Below, one piece after another: positions 23,826 through 37,211 of a DNA stretch of 64,000 nucleotides. This DNA is from the human T2T-CHM13v2.0 reference genome, Homo sapiens. The position numbers and the translations under genes were made by a program. The DNA is taken from assembly GCF_009914755.1 (NCBI RefSeq), contig NC_060926.1; one strand, 5' to 3'. Positions within the stretch are counted from its first letter, which is position 1. Each line of letters begins with the position of its first letter. A model generated the notes under the pieces. That model had not been told where the DNA came from and ran no database searches. It worked only from the letters and a program-made list of their open reading frames with translations.

Positions 23826-24460
23826 ACTGGCTGCATATTACAATCACCTAGGAATCGTTTTGCCGCCTATCCTAGACCAATTAAATCAGAATTTCTGAGA
23901 GTAGGGTTTGGGCATTGGGAGATTTAAAAGCTCCCCAGGTGATTCTAATATGTATCCACGGCTGAGAACTCATGCACGTTGGAATCACCTGAAAACCTAT
24001 TAAAAAGCTGCTTGTCTCCCACCCTCAGAAATTCGGATTTAATTGGTATGAGGTGTGGCCTGAGCATTGGGATTTTTAAAAGCTCTCCAGATGATTTTAA
24101 TGTGCAGTCAAGTTTGAAAACCCCAGCTACGCACACTTTAATAGAGTCCAAATCTCCTGGGGATTTTTAAACTGGAGATGCTGGGGTGGGGCCTGAGATT
24201 CTACGTGTCTAACAATTCTCACAAGTCCCAGGTGATACGATGCTGCTGGTCTTCATACAACGCTTTGATTAGTAAGGTCCTAGATCAATGGGTCTCAAGA
24301 CGGGATAGACAGTGGAATTACCCGGGGAGCCTTAACAACTACCTCAGCCTGGGTCCCACCCCAGAGATTCTGATGTAATCTGGCTGAGGTGGGGCCTGGA
24401 CATCAGGATTGTAAGAGCTCCCCAGGTGATTCTGATACGCAGCCAAGGTTGAGAACCTTG
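23826..24460. mobile_element. cluster of about four MER5A/MER5A1/MER5B elements
   Basis: recurring agctccccaggtgattct, ggaatcacctg and ggtggggcctg modules. Confidence 0.8.
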
Positions 24461-24793
24461 GCTGTAGACCAACATCTAGGCGTCATTTCACAAGTGGCCC
24501 TGTGACCCCCAGTGGGGAATACCACTCTCCACAAGCCTTTCTGACTCACCTCCGTTCCCTGCCCCAGCTGGCAGAAGATGCTTTCTTCCCCTGCCTCAGA
24601 AGGCCATGCCCTCTAGTAAAAATTCCCTTTCTCCCACTCCCGGCTGAAGAAAGACTCTAATTCCCAGCTCGGCTGCAGAAGAGAGATGATTGCCACAATA
24701 CCCTGAAAGCGTTTCTGATCAGGCCTGCCCACTTGGCCTTCCTCAACTTTACCTCTGATTACCAACTGTTCCCCCTGCTCAAGTGGCCTTCTC

Positions 24794-24846
24794 TAAGGCT
24801 GCCTCTGCCAGAGGAGCCACGTAAGGCCACCTCTGCCAGAGGAGCC
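24794..24846 (+). repeat. 28-bp tandem duplication
   Basis: taaggctgcctctgccagaggagccacg / taaggccacctctgccagaggagcc. Confidence 0.9.
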
Positions 24847-26014
24847 GTGGGCCACAGAGAAGTACACGTCACCTGCCAGTCAGTCACAAGCAAAGAAGAG
24901 AAGTTCCGTGCTTTGACAGAACACTATCAATCACAGGTGCCGAGCCGTTTTCATTACTTAGCCGTTCCCAGGCCAGTTAACATACAACCTCTCCCCTCTC
25001 CTACCTCACCCCTTTAAAATGGAGTTGTGGTGACGCATGAAACAAGAAGTGGCCTGCAGAGAACCAAAAGGAAAACGTGAAATTGAGGAAATTATGACTC
25101 TATTTTGGGTGTAATTTCCATGAAATTATTTATGAATCTTTTTTTCCCTAAGGGGTGGCCATAAATATCATCTTTAATGCATCTTCATTAGTAGCTTTCA
25201 TCTTCTGATGGGCCTGCATCTTTTGTTGGAAGTTGGATGTTGTTGGTAGAAATGTTAAGTCCACATCTTAGGTGTACGGAGTTTGTATAAAATATGAACT
25301 CTAATGTGTAGAATTTGCAGGTCGCTGAAGTGTCACAGTCTGCTGAAATGGGTCTGGAATCAATAAGGTACACATCAAACTCAATTGTATTTAATTTTCA
25401 TTGCTACCTAGAGGAAAGCCTTGCATGGCCCTACAAGCATGAAATTAAACATGAAAGCCCATCTGAAGTGTAGAAGCGATACTTAAAATGACCTGTAAAT
25501 AGAGCAAAACATGGCAGCCCGGCCCATCGCAATATTATCATTCATTTCTCTTTCCATAGTGGAGGTGACAGCCCCCCTAAGAAAATCAGAAGAGACACGA
25601 GCACATTGCAGATCTAAAGGAGAGCTAAGTGTTTTCGGTTACACACCAGCAGGGCTTCCCTCTCTGCAGAGCCCTGGAGTCTCTTCCAAGTAGAAAATCA
25701 CACTCTGTCCTTCAGCCTGAGAGTGAAGAGAGAAGGCAAGTAAAACAAGGACCTCCTGAACTTGGCCAACACCCCACTCCTGCTGCCTCCCACCCCACCC
25801 AGCTCCGTTCCTTGGCCAGTGAGATAATGGAAGGTTCAGCCCTTGCAGCTGACGTGGGGTGGGGAGCAGACGCCCACTCTGGGCACTTCCAGCCGACACT
25901 GACCTTTCAGTCATGGAAACATTCCCCAGACTGACACTAATCGGGGGCACATCTGGCGTTTGGACTGCATCCAGATGGGGGTTTGTGTTAGTCGAGTCAG
26001 CATGATAACCCGCT

Positions 26015-26035
26015 GGGGAGGGAGGGAGGGAGGGG
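26015..26035 (+). other. G-quadruplex motif
   Basis: GGGGAGGGAGGGAGGGAGGGG: five G-tracts with 1-nt loops. Confidence 0.75.
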
Positions 26036-27670
26036 AGAGGACACAGCAGCTGAGAGCAATCCCCATCCTTGGCTGCGTGAGGGAGAGGTGGTCATGCTGC
26101 GGCCAGTGAGTCATAGACTAGAGACCACCTAATTCCTGTCCACCCCTGCTCTCCCTGCTCCCTCCAACAGAGGACAAACTGGATCCACCCAGAGAGCCAA
26201 CTCGCCAGAGTTCCACAACTGGTCAGCAGCAGACTACAATCTCAGTGTCCCGGCTCCCATTCTATCGCACTGCCCACTTTCTACACTCTCTCAAAGTGTA
26301 GTGTGTTATTTCAGGATAAAATATGTGCCAAGGTGATGAAAAGAATCCAGCTGTTTCTTCTCTTTCACTTCCTGTGATTTGTAAAAGCATAAGACGATTT
26401 TCCAAGACAGTGACAAACCACCATCGCTCACACCCATTCCACCCACCCCAATTCTTTCATCGTAGCTTCTTTTCTGGATTTGGAAGAAGAGACCGCCCTT
26501 TGTGACTGGTTCATGGACTTTGTCAGAAATCAACACAATGTCTTATTCTCCCATCCCTAGAACAAGCGACTGCAATTGGGAATAAGACTTCATAGTATAG
26601 AAGTTCCAGCCATACAGGTCAGGAATGACAAAGTGTCTTGGCCAGCTCTCAGCCTCTGCCTTTACAAAGTCTGACACCTGTTGCAGTCACGAATTGCACT
26701 GCTAAAGAGGTAATCAAGCAAACCAAAGCCAGGATAAAAGGGATTATGTCTCCACTCACCCACACAGAAGGCTGTCTCCAACTGCAGAAGGAAGTTCTTT
26801 CCATGGCCGCTGGAGCACCCTCCCCACTTGTGGGCACCATGGTTCAAGTCTGCCCCAGTGATCCTCTCCTGTATAAACCTCCAGGTACAGATTATGGAAA
26901 TCAGGAATCTCATCCAGCTGCTCAAATAACAAAGAGGTTAGCAGTATCTTCTAGTATGAATAATTGTAACTGCAGAGATCTGTTCAGCCTTTATCCTTTC
27001 TTAAAAACCTAAAGAGAAACAAGGAAGCAACCCAGGTAAAAGCAAGACAATGGTCAATGGTCAGCTTCCCAAGGCAGGTTTCAGCTTCCACATTAACTAA
27101 TCAGCTTGCAGAGCTTGCAGCACCTTCTACATCCAGCCTCCATACAAAGGACAACTATCATCCACCAACCAATTTAGTCCTCTTCTGGAAGAATCAGAAA
27201 GAAAAAATGTCTTCACTCCACTTCTCCTACCCTCCTCAAGATCACCTCCCTCCCCAAAGCCCTCGCTTCTGTGGTCCTCTCTAAGAAATATGCTTTATCC
27301 ACTCCGACGGGCACAACAGTAGTAACTGAGACAGGAGAATGACCCTCTTCCTTGCTTTAGGGAAGTTATCAGTTCCACCCTCCTTGGGAAGCTCTGTGAT
27401 CTCTGAGAAGAAGCTCACAGACACCATCACTCTACCTAAGCCAGTTAGGGTCTCTGCTCGTGCCAGCCCCTTTTTTCCCCACCAATGAGTTGGTACAAAG
27501 CCATTTCATGTTCCATGCCAAACCAGTAATTCGCAATACTCATCAAAATCTGCCTCCGTCCACTGACTCAGCACTCCTGCTTTCCTAGCATAGCCAACCT
27601 CCCTAACACCCTGACATCCCGGCCTTCAGTTTCACTATTTACATCACATGAGAGATTTGGGTTTCGAAAG

Positions 27671-27728
27671 CCAATTCCCTCTGAAGAGAGTATGCAGATG
27701 ATTCATCTTCTCTGAAAAAACTACCCAT
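27671..27728 (+). repeat. 58-bp dispersed direct repeat, copy B
   Basis: 57/58 identical to 22299-22356. Confidence 0.97.
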
Positions 27729-28001
27729 TTTTGCCTTGATATCCATGCCAAAAATCTCCTGAGATGGGGCTCAGAGAGGACAGAGTGGGGGAGTCCTGTT
27801 ACAATAGGAGACCACTGTCTCAGTTTCCAAATGAAAAAGATGACACACTGTTCTTGGGACACTGCTTTGCCAGGGTGTCCTGCAGAAACCAAGGAAGCTT
27901 CCATCTCAGAGCCACTGTGGACACAGCCTTGGATCACCGTGGAGCCTCAGACCACACTGACTCCTCCCTGTCTCCGCGTCTAACCCCCTCTCACACTGAG
28001 A

Positions 28002-29178
28002 GATCTGACCCACCACAGACATCCCCTCTGGCCTCCTGAGTGGTTTCTTCAGCACAGCTTCCAGAGCCAAATTAAACGTTCACTCTATGTCTATAGACAA
28101 AAAGGGTTTTGACTAAACTCTGTGTTTTAGAGAGGGAGTTAAATGCTGTTAACTTTTTAGGGGTGGGCGAGAGGGATGACAAATAACAACTTGTCTGAAT
28201 GTTTTACATTTCTCCCCACTGCCTCAAGAAGGTTCACAACGAGGTCATCCATGATAAGGAGTAAGACCTCCCAGCCGGACTGTCCCTCGGCCCCCAGAGG
28301 ACACTCCACAGAGATATGCTAACTGGACTTGGAGACTGGCTCACACTCCAGAGAAAAGCATGGAGCACGAGCGCACAGAGCAGGGCCAAGGTCCCAGGGA
28401 CAGAATGTCTAGGAGGGAGATTGGGGTGAGGGTAATCTGATGCAATTACTGTGGCAGCTCAACATTCAAGGGAGGGGGAAGAAAGAAACAGTCCCTGTCA
28501 AGTAAGTTGTGCAGCAGAGATGGTAAGCTCCAAAATTTGAAACTTTGGCTGCTGGAAAGTTTTAGGGGGCAGAGATAAGAAGACATAAGAGACTTTGAGG
28601 GTTTACTACACACTAGACGCTCTATGCATTTATTTATTTATTATCTCTTATTTATTACTTTGTATAACTCTTATAATAATCTTATGAAAACGGAAACCCT
28701 CATATACCCATTTTACAGATGAGAAAAGTGACAATTTTGAGAGCATAGCTAAGAATAGCTAGTAAGTAAAGGAGCTGGGACCTAAACCAAACCCTATCTC
28801 ACCAGAGTACACACTCTTTTTTTTTTTCCAGTGTAATTTTTTTTAATTTTTATTTTACTTTAAGTTCTGGGATACATGTGCAGAAGGTATGGTTTGTTAC
28901 ATAGGTATATGTGTGCCATAGTGGATTGCTGCACCTATCAACCCGTCATCTAGGTTTAAGCCCCACATGCATTAGCTATTTGTCCTGATGCTCTCCCTCC
29001 CCTCCCCACACCAGACAGGCCTTGGTGTGTGATGTTCCCCTCCCTGTGTCCATGTGTTCTCACTGTTCAGCTCCCACTTATGAGTGAGAACGTGTGGTAT
29101 TTGGTTTTCTGTTCCTGTGTTAGTTTGCTGAGGATGATGGCTTCCAGCTTCATCCATGTCCCTGCAAAGGACACGATC
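28002..29178. promoter_or_regulatory. probable STAR6 anti-repressor element (2p21)
   Basis: GATC at 28002 and 29175 with none between; 28006-29178 = 1173 bp; start TGACCCACCACAGACATCCCCTCTGGCC and length match my recall of STAR6; not database-verified. Confidence 0.75.
28680..28790 (-). mobile_element. MIR fragment
   Basis: cccattttacagatgagaaaagtga. Confidence 0.7.
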
Positions 29179-29294
29179 TCATTCCTTCTTAGGGCTGCAT
29201 AGTATTCCATGGTATATATGTACAATATTTTCTTCATCCAGTCTATCATTGATGGGCATTTGGGTTGGTTCCATGTCTTTGCTATTGTAAATAG
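28816..29294 (-). mobile_element. 5'-truncated L1PA 3' end
   Basis: ttttactttaagttctgggatacatgtgcag...tcccacttatgagtgagaac...gctattgtaaatag; degenerate TSD gagtacacactctt/gagtgtacactctt. Confidence 0.95.
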
Positions 29295-30656
29295 GAGTGT
29301 ACACTCTTGACCACTACACTGGAGCAACAGGCCCTAGAAATAGTGACCATATTCATTAACCAATTAGAAACTAGTATGTGGAGGGTATTGGGAGGAGGCT
29401 TAAGACTCTGAAAGATAGTCTGGCTTCATTTTAACCAGGGAATTAATCATCCATTCCATGCAGCATCATTTTCAGAAAAGGCATTCCCTGCTGCTCACCC
29501 TAAGTGTTTGTATTCTATAGCTAGATAGGCCAGTGTATAACCACTCCTTTTTTCAACACTTCTTCCAACAAAAACAAAACAGAGCATGGCGAGCTGAGCT
29601 TATTATACTCCTTACCACGGGCCTCTGATGTTCCATCTGTTAGTAGGATACCAATCCATGGCTCCTCACTTTCTAGGAGTCTCAGAGGAGACAGTAGGCC
29701 CTGGAGACACCCATGATACAAAACCAGAGCGAGATGAAGACGCTCCACTCACCTCTCCCCTCATTCTTGCCCAGAAAATTTGCTCTATCTTCCCCATTTT
29801 TTACCCTGCCCACATTACCCACCACAATTAGACAAAAGGCCTCAAGAAGTCTGCAGAGGGGCAGGATGAGGGCAGGGGTCAGCTTTCCTCTTTCAGTTGT
29901 TTTCTGATTACTTTAGACTTGGTCCAGCCAGGAAGAATCCGTCACTCTCAGCAGGCAGTGGGTGGGGAGAGGTACCAGCAGACTTAGAAGTATATATGGA
30001 ATGTATTAAACCGTGGTGCAAAAAGAAAGGCCTGAGAAGCTAAACCAAAGAGGGAGATGCAGTTGCACAAAGTTAGGGGATTGAAAGAGCCCCCAAGGTA
30101 ACAGAAGGTGCAACATAGTAAGAATTTTAAGAGGTGATAAAGGTAACTTGCTGTCAAAAGAGGCAGATATTACTAAAGAAACAAGTGAAATTGATTCCTT
30201 TCTCAAGCCACCATAAAGGTGAATGGCTACCAGATGGTCAGACAGAAATACCTGTCCACAGGCTGCCGGAGAGAAAAATAAATGCAAGAAGAAATCAGAT
30301 CCTCCTCTGAGCAGGTGAGCAGGAAATTAAAATATCTGTACACTGACCACAAAGTAAGACCACACATGGTCATGAAGAGGCTGTTCGGAAGACAGCAAGA
30401 GTGTAAGTTAGCGTCTATCCTGTCTGCTGGCCCACACCCAGAGAGCCTAGTCACAAACCTCCCAGTGTCAGAGGAAAAAGCCTTTGCTGAAAACCCAGCA
30501 GTGCCAACAGGAATAAAGATGGGACAGCAGAGACCCAGGCCACTATGGGAAAACCTAGATCACATCCTAGAAGAGTCACTGGTCCAAGTAACAATTCCTT
30601 GAGCACTTGCTATGTGCCAGGCCCTTGGCCGGGAGCTCTTGAAGTGTTTTTCTAAG

Positions 30657-30790
30657 TGTAGGCAGTTTCCGAAATGGCTCTCAGTGATTCTTGCCTCCCA
30701 TGTAATCCCTTCCTCTAAGCGTGGGCTGGACTTAGGGACTTGGTTCTAATGAATAGAATATGTTAAGAGTGATGGGTTGTCACTTATTCC
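30657..30790 (+). mobile_element. MLT1 LTR 5' fragment
   Basis: tgtaggcag...tgtaatcccttcc...gtgggctggactta...aatgaatagaatatg. Confidence 0.65.
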
Positions 30791-30943
30791 CATCAAAAAA
30801 TCTCCCTGGATTTGTGCTTCATAGACTCCCATCTCTCCACTCCAGACATGCCTTTCAGATTCTGGGCATCGGTGAGTAAATCTTCTTCCTCTCTTTGAAT
30901 AATCATCTCTTCTGTGGGCTTGTTGCTACATTTCTCCCAGAAG

Positions 30944-30960
30944 ACACACACGTACACACA

Positions 30961-30996
<36 letters not shown>
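30944..30996. repeat. interrupted (CA)n microsatellite
   Basis: acacacacgtacacacacgt(ac)n. Confidence 0.95.
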
Positions 30997-30997
<1 letters not shown>

Positions 30998-32249
30998 CAT
31001 GCAAGCACACCATTACACCAGGAGGAGGAGGGAGCTCAGCCTCCTCTTGCCATTGTCCTGCTCCTTCCCAATCAATCTCCTGCCAACCACAAATTAGCAT
31101 TACACAGGCATTTACAGTGCAGCCTCCAGGGATAGATAGAAGCTGCTAATCCTTAAGAAGGGGAGCTGGTACAATAGCAAGTGGCCTGTAGCCTCATCCC
31201 CGCTCATGGGGTGTTCCTGTGAAGCACATCTTGCTCCTTTGTGAGCTGGCCAAGTCAACCACAGATGGTGGAGTCACTGGGCCTTGGGCAAAGAGGCGAC
31301 ACTGGAAATCTAAGGAGCACCAAGCTTTGCAAATGCCTGCATGACACACTGTTCGATGACTCTATTTATCCCCAGCAGATGATCCCTTTGGGATAGATTC
31401 CTTCTCAGAGCTTCCAGCCTGGTCTTTTGTCAGTGCACCCTTCCATTTTCCATTTCTACTGGTTAACATTAATGAATGGCTCCAACTGGGACCAATCCAG
31501 CGCATGAAATCCCCTGGGGGGTCAAGTCTGTACTTCCCACCCTCTCAGCAACTTGGATTAACAAAGCTGGGGTTTGTTTTGTTTTATTTTTCTTAAGGGA
31601 TTGATTTGGCCCTCTGAAGTATGATTGAAAATCCCTGATCCCAAAGGAAGGCAGCCCTGGCTGGGTTCCCAGGGTCGTTTCTATCCCCAGGCATGGTCTT
31701 CAGGGACCCCAGGGGCCTCTGATTGCAACTCTGCCTGCTGAAATCCCAAGAGCTGGCTCTTGCAGCAGCCTCCTCTGAGGCTCCCTGCTCAGCTCCTGGG
31801 CCCTTATCCTGCAGCTGGGTCTGGAAACCAGAGGAGCTTGCAAGAGGCGAAGCCTCTTATCACAAACATTTCCTGCCTATTCCCGCCTGACCCCGCATAC
31901 CATAGCCCTTCCCTGGCTAGTTGGGCCACCAACGCAGCCCTCACACAAACGACTTGAAAGGCAGGGTCCCCAGACTCCTCTCTACTCCAGATTCTTCTCC
32001 ATCCACACTGTCTCCTTTCTCCAGGGAGCTCACAGGCTCTTCCAGGCCACCCAAATGGTTCAGTCGCTGAAAAGCATGGAAGGAATTCAGGTGGAACCTG
32101 CAAGAAAGAGGACAAAAGGCAGGTAGGATTTCTAGTTCAAATAGAAGGTATGACTCACAGCTGGAGTTGGGCCCACCTCCCCGAGGACTCCACTGTGCTA
32201 TCTCTGACAAAGAGATGGAGACAGAGTTGAGAGAAAGGCCTGCACACCT

Positions 32250-32270
32250 GTGCGTGTGTGTGTGTGTGTG
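32250..32270. repeat. (TG)n
   Basis: direct. Confidence 0.9.
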
Positions 32271-32807
32271 CATGTCCCTGGCATCCCCATATTGTGGCCT
32301 CCCCTTGTTGTGCTGCAAGTGGGGCTGAAGCCGTATGGACTATTGATGGTGTGTGCTGAAGGACCAGGAGCCAGGGCCAGAGGGTCTAGCCAGCCCAACC
32401 CAGCTGTGCTCAGCAGGTCACTGAATTCCACAGCCTCTCTCCCCTCCCCACACCTGGGGCACCCTAGTCCCACCCCTTCCCCCAGCCTACACTGGCCTTC
32501 TCTCTGCCTCCTGCCCCCAGCTCACTGTGTGGTCCAAGCCCTCTGCCACAAGAAGAGCCAGGGAGGGAGGGATGGGCCTGCGTGTTTACAGTCAAGCATA
32601 ACTGAGCCTTTATTTTAAATAAATAAAACTTTAGCTAGTTTTTATTTTCCCTTTCTTTCCAAAAGCAGTTTTGTCCCTCCTCCTCTTCCTCATCATCATC
32701 ATGGCTAAGCCTTTATCTGTGGGGCCACCCAGGGAGGGGCTGTGGGAGGAGGGAGGAACAGAGGCCAGACTGACCCTGATGTTTCACATCTTCTCAAGCC
32801 GTGTGAA

Positions 32808-32809
<2 letters not shown>

Positions 32810-32856
<47 letters not shown>
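32810..32856. repeat. (TC)n microsatellite (mirror repeat, H-DNA capable)
   Basis: about 23 TC units. Confidence 0.98.
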
Positions 32857-32860
<4 letters not shown>

Positions 32861-33329
32861 CTCACAGAGCCCCAAAGTTCTTATGAATTCAGGGATGTCC
32901 AGGCCTGAGGAATAGAGACTAAACAGGAAGCCCGGGCTTCGTCGTCAGCATGTTGTCCATCTGTTCTCCCCCAATCACAGGGTTGCCCACCCCCCATATA
33001 AAACTGCCATCCATCTGCCTTCCTGTTTGGTCTGTCATCTCTCTGTCTCCCCTGTTGGACCCTCATCCATCTGTCCTTCCTATGGGACACCATCTTTCAA
33101 GGTCTCTTTTGGGTTGTCATAAATCCGCCTTCCCCATGGGATGTTCCATCTGCCTGTTACCCCATTGACCTGTCATTCCATCCGATCCCCTTGATCACTC
33201 TTTTTTGTCCATCTGTCTCCTCCCATAGGACTTACTTTTGCCCATCTGTCTCCCTGAATGGGGCCAGCAATGGTGAGTCTCTGAGGCATGGGAAGAGTTG
33301 GGATTCTCTTCTGGTTTTGATCCCAGCAA

Positions 33330-33520
33330 CCACAATAGTAGCTACCATCAATCAAGTGTCTACGTGCCATACAGTCTACATACATTATTCCCTTTTGCCC
33401 TCCAACAGCCCTGTATGTGCTTATTTCCCTATTTTACCAGAAGGAAACTGAGGCTCAGAAGGGTTAAGTGTCTGGCCCAAGGTCACACAGCTCCTAATGG
33501 GAGACACAGGGTAAAAAACC
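33330..33520 (-). mobile_element. MIR
   Basis: ggaaactgaggctcagaagggttaagtgtctggcccaaggtcacacagct. Confidence 0.85.
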
Positions 33521-34966
33521 AGCTCTGCCCGTATGGAGTGGGGGTGAGGACACAGTCTTACTCCACCCCCAGAATGTAAGACTCCCCTTCCCCTGGCCTC
33601 TCTGCACATTTAATTTACACTTTGCTGCTGGATGTTTTCAGACTGATGAAGTTTCCTCCCTGCCCTGGCTGTGCACAAAAAAGTGAGAGAAGAAAAGCAG
33701 CCAGATGTGAGAGCATTTTGAAGGTCTTTTTGGGGGGATGGAGAGTGATGTTAAATAAACATCCAATGGTATTCTTTCTGCAAAACGATCCATTTTCATG
33801 GCACCCAGGAGTTCGTCCAAGGGTCTCTGGGTCACTGGGGAAAAGTATTCCGTGTGTTTTGGCTCCATATACTTCTATTGGCCACAAAGAGCTAATTCTT
33901 CCAATTAATGAAATCAGCACCACTGATGGAGATGTACTGACAAATTATTTTCAAGATGAATATATTAACACCCATGGTGGAACTGATTGGCCTGAAGGAT
34001 TTGGAGGCTACAGAATGAAGGTCCCCCTGCCCACCGAAGACACTGAGGTCATTCACGGTGGCCGGGATGTTGGCCACCACCTCAAGGGACGCCTCTCTCC
34101 GCTGGAGCCATGGAGACTGGACTGGGTTGTCTGTGTGGAAGGGCTGCCTATCAATGGGCTTCTGTATGGCCTCAGCAGGTCCCCAGCACCCCCCACCCCC
34201 CACTGCCCCAGCTAAGTCCCCTTCAGGGCCTGGTCTGAAGGGCCTATTCAGCATTTAGGACTCCCTGATGGGAAGTAAAAGAGAGACAGACAGATGCTTC
34301 CGTGGAGCTGGGGAAAAGCTAGAAGCCTGGAGACAGGAAGGGAAGCTTGAAGCCACCAGGAAGGAGCCCAGAGAGAAGAAAAAAGGCAGGCCGGAGGTCC
34401 TATAGGATAAGAAAGAGAAGAGGAGGAGGAGGGGAGGCCGTGGGAGGGAAGACAGCGGGTGGGAGAACCAGAGGAGGGGGAGGAGGCCGGAAGGAGGCCT
34501 CCGGGCCAAGGGAGAGATCCCAGTTGGGAGACAGACCAGAGCCAGAAAGCAGTGTGGGATTTTTAAGCCACAGATTTAATTTCCTGATGATATTTTTTTC
34601 AGGCTGATATTAGCAGCATTTTTCATTCCCCAAGCAGATCTGCCAATCGTGAAAAAGTGATCCAGAGTGAGCTGGGTGATGGGCCAGTTTGAACCTGAAC
34701 AGACCCATCAGGATAGCCCAAAGTCAAGGCAATATGTCCTCTCTTTTTCTAACCACTAGAGACTAAGGACAAATTTTGCTTCTGGCTGGTCTTGGAGGAG
34801 AGAGAAAGAACAGTTTCTAGGCAGCTCTGGTGAATAAATGACAATCCAAATTCAAGGGCTAAATGATCTCTGTTAATCATCTCTTTGGTTTCTGTTTTCC
34901 TGTGTGGACCCTGACTGAATCAGTATTCTGAGCTTTGAGAGTTGTAAGTTAGGAGCTAAAGAAACC

Positions 34967-35480
<514 letters not shown>

Positions 35481-35679
35481 TCACCAGGCAACCCTTGTGC
35501 GGTGACAGCACAAGAAGCCCTGCTCCTTACCACTTCCGGCCCACTCCAGATAATCTCCTGCTGCTGCCATGGAGGAGGGCTGCTTCCCCAGCAAACTGGA
35601 AGTATAAAAGTCTTCAAATATACCTTTCACTTATCCAGTTCTGAGTGCTGGTTCCTGACTTTCCTTCATCTTAAAGATG

Positions 35680-36340
35680 CTTCCCCTTGTACCCCCTTGA
35701 GAAAATCTCACCCACATTTTAAGACCCAACTCAAATGCCATCTCTTCCAAGGATCCTCCCCTTCTCACTGTCCCCTTTCCTTGCCAGAGTCTAGAACTTC
35801 TAAGGCAGTTTGTTTGAGTCTCCCTTGGAGTGCTTTCTACCTTCTGTCTTGCATTTTGATTACTCATGTACTTATCAAGGGGCAGCATTGTGTAGTGTTT
35901 TGCAGTGTTTCCTGGGTTCAAATCCTTGTCCCATGGCTTCCTAACTATGACACCAAACAAGTGCTTAATCTCTTTGCACCTCAGTCTTCTCATCTGTAAA
36001 ATGGGAGTAATAATGATACCTACTCATAGAGTTGCTGTAAGGATTTTAAAAATATATTTATTGAATACCTATGTGCCAAGCAATGGAGATACAAATGTGA
36101 CCAAAACCATATAGTTCTGTTCTCATAGTGGATTATAGTGCTTGTAAAGTGTTTAAAACATAGGGAGTGCTCAGTAAATTTTAGCTATTATTATGCCTTA
36201 TCACATTCACCATACCACGGGCATTTGTGTAAGGCAGGGAGCATGCTTTACGTCTCTATAAAGATACGTAGGTGTTATAGCCGCAACATCTAACACAGAG
36301 CTTGGCATACAGTGTGCGCTCAAAAAGTGATTGTCAACTG
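35680..36340. mobile_element. interleaved L2 and MIR fragments
   Basis: ctcaaatgccatctcttcc (L2); cctgggttcaaatcc...ctcatctgtaaaatgggagtaataat (MIR). Confidence 0.7.
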
Positions 36341-37211
36341 ACTGAGATGACCCAAAGAACAATGTTCTTAATTGCACAGGAAATGAGAGCTGTCATGCCT
36401 AAAACTCAGAGCTTACCCAACATGGCAGTCTTCCCAAGGCTGACTGTTTTGTGCCCCTTTTCCTAGAACCATAATTTGTTTAATCAATGATTGCTGTTGT
36501 TTTTCTAATAATCATTGGTTAAAAGTTCTATTTCCTCAGTGTGGTTTCCATGCTGTTCCCTTATTGGTTTCTTTCTGTGTCCCACTCCCTGCTTCCCCTC
36601 TGAAAGCTCAATGTTATGTTTTGGGCTGGGTTTTTAGGGGAGCATGTGAAATATTTCAACTGGACATAGTATTTATTTTATTTTTAACTTCTTTGTATAA
36701 CTTAATCAATTGTCTCATTAACATTCTTTTGACTCCCCCAAAAAATGGTTTCTTAAAATTCTTATTCTGTGTTTTCATCTCCAGGGGAACACTTTGGCTA
36801 GGTTTTCTACCAAGAATGACACAATTCTTTCCATAGCTAATAGAGGTGGAATTTGAAAAACAAGACAGTTGTATTGGTCCAGCTCTATTGCCTTAGTCCT
36901 ATGCCCCAAAGAATTCTTCATACACGCAAGCCCCCAACTCTCCCACTGGCCACATTTCCCAATGCTGCCTTTATTAAAAATGTTCTCTTTCTGGTTAAAT
37001 CCTAATGGAAAGTGAAATAAACACAATTTAAAAAGCTCTTTCAAGATGAGGGTCATTCCAGAGTCCAGTTGCCTTGAATTACTACGATCCCTGACATATC
37101 ACTGTTTCCTTCAGACTCAGTTGTCGTATTCTTTTTATTTCAATCAATAAGCATTTTAAATTTCCTTTCACATTTCCTTGTGGTGACCTGGTTTGGTTTA
37201 TTTCTCCTTTC

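Noticed and set aside
29067-29327. ORF similar to the L1 ORF2p C-terminus
   Set aside because: Part of the truncated L1PA fragment; not a gene.
33622-34215. Longest ORF (197 codons; first ATG at 33646) in repeat-free DNA
   Set aside because: No recognisable domain and a weak start context. A rough estimate gives on the order of one ORF this long by chance in six frames of 64 kb. It would need Ribo-seq or PhyloCSF support.
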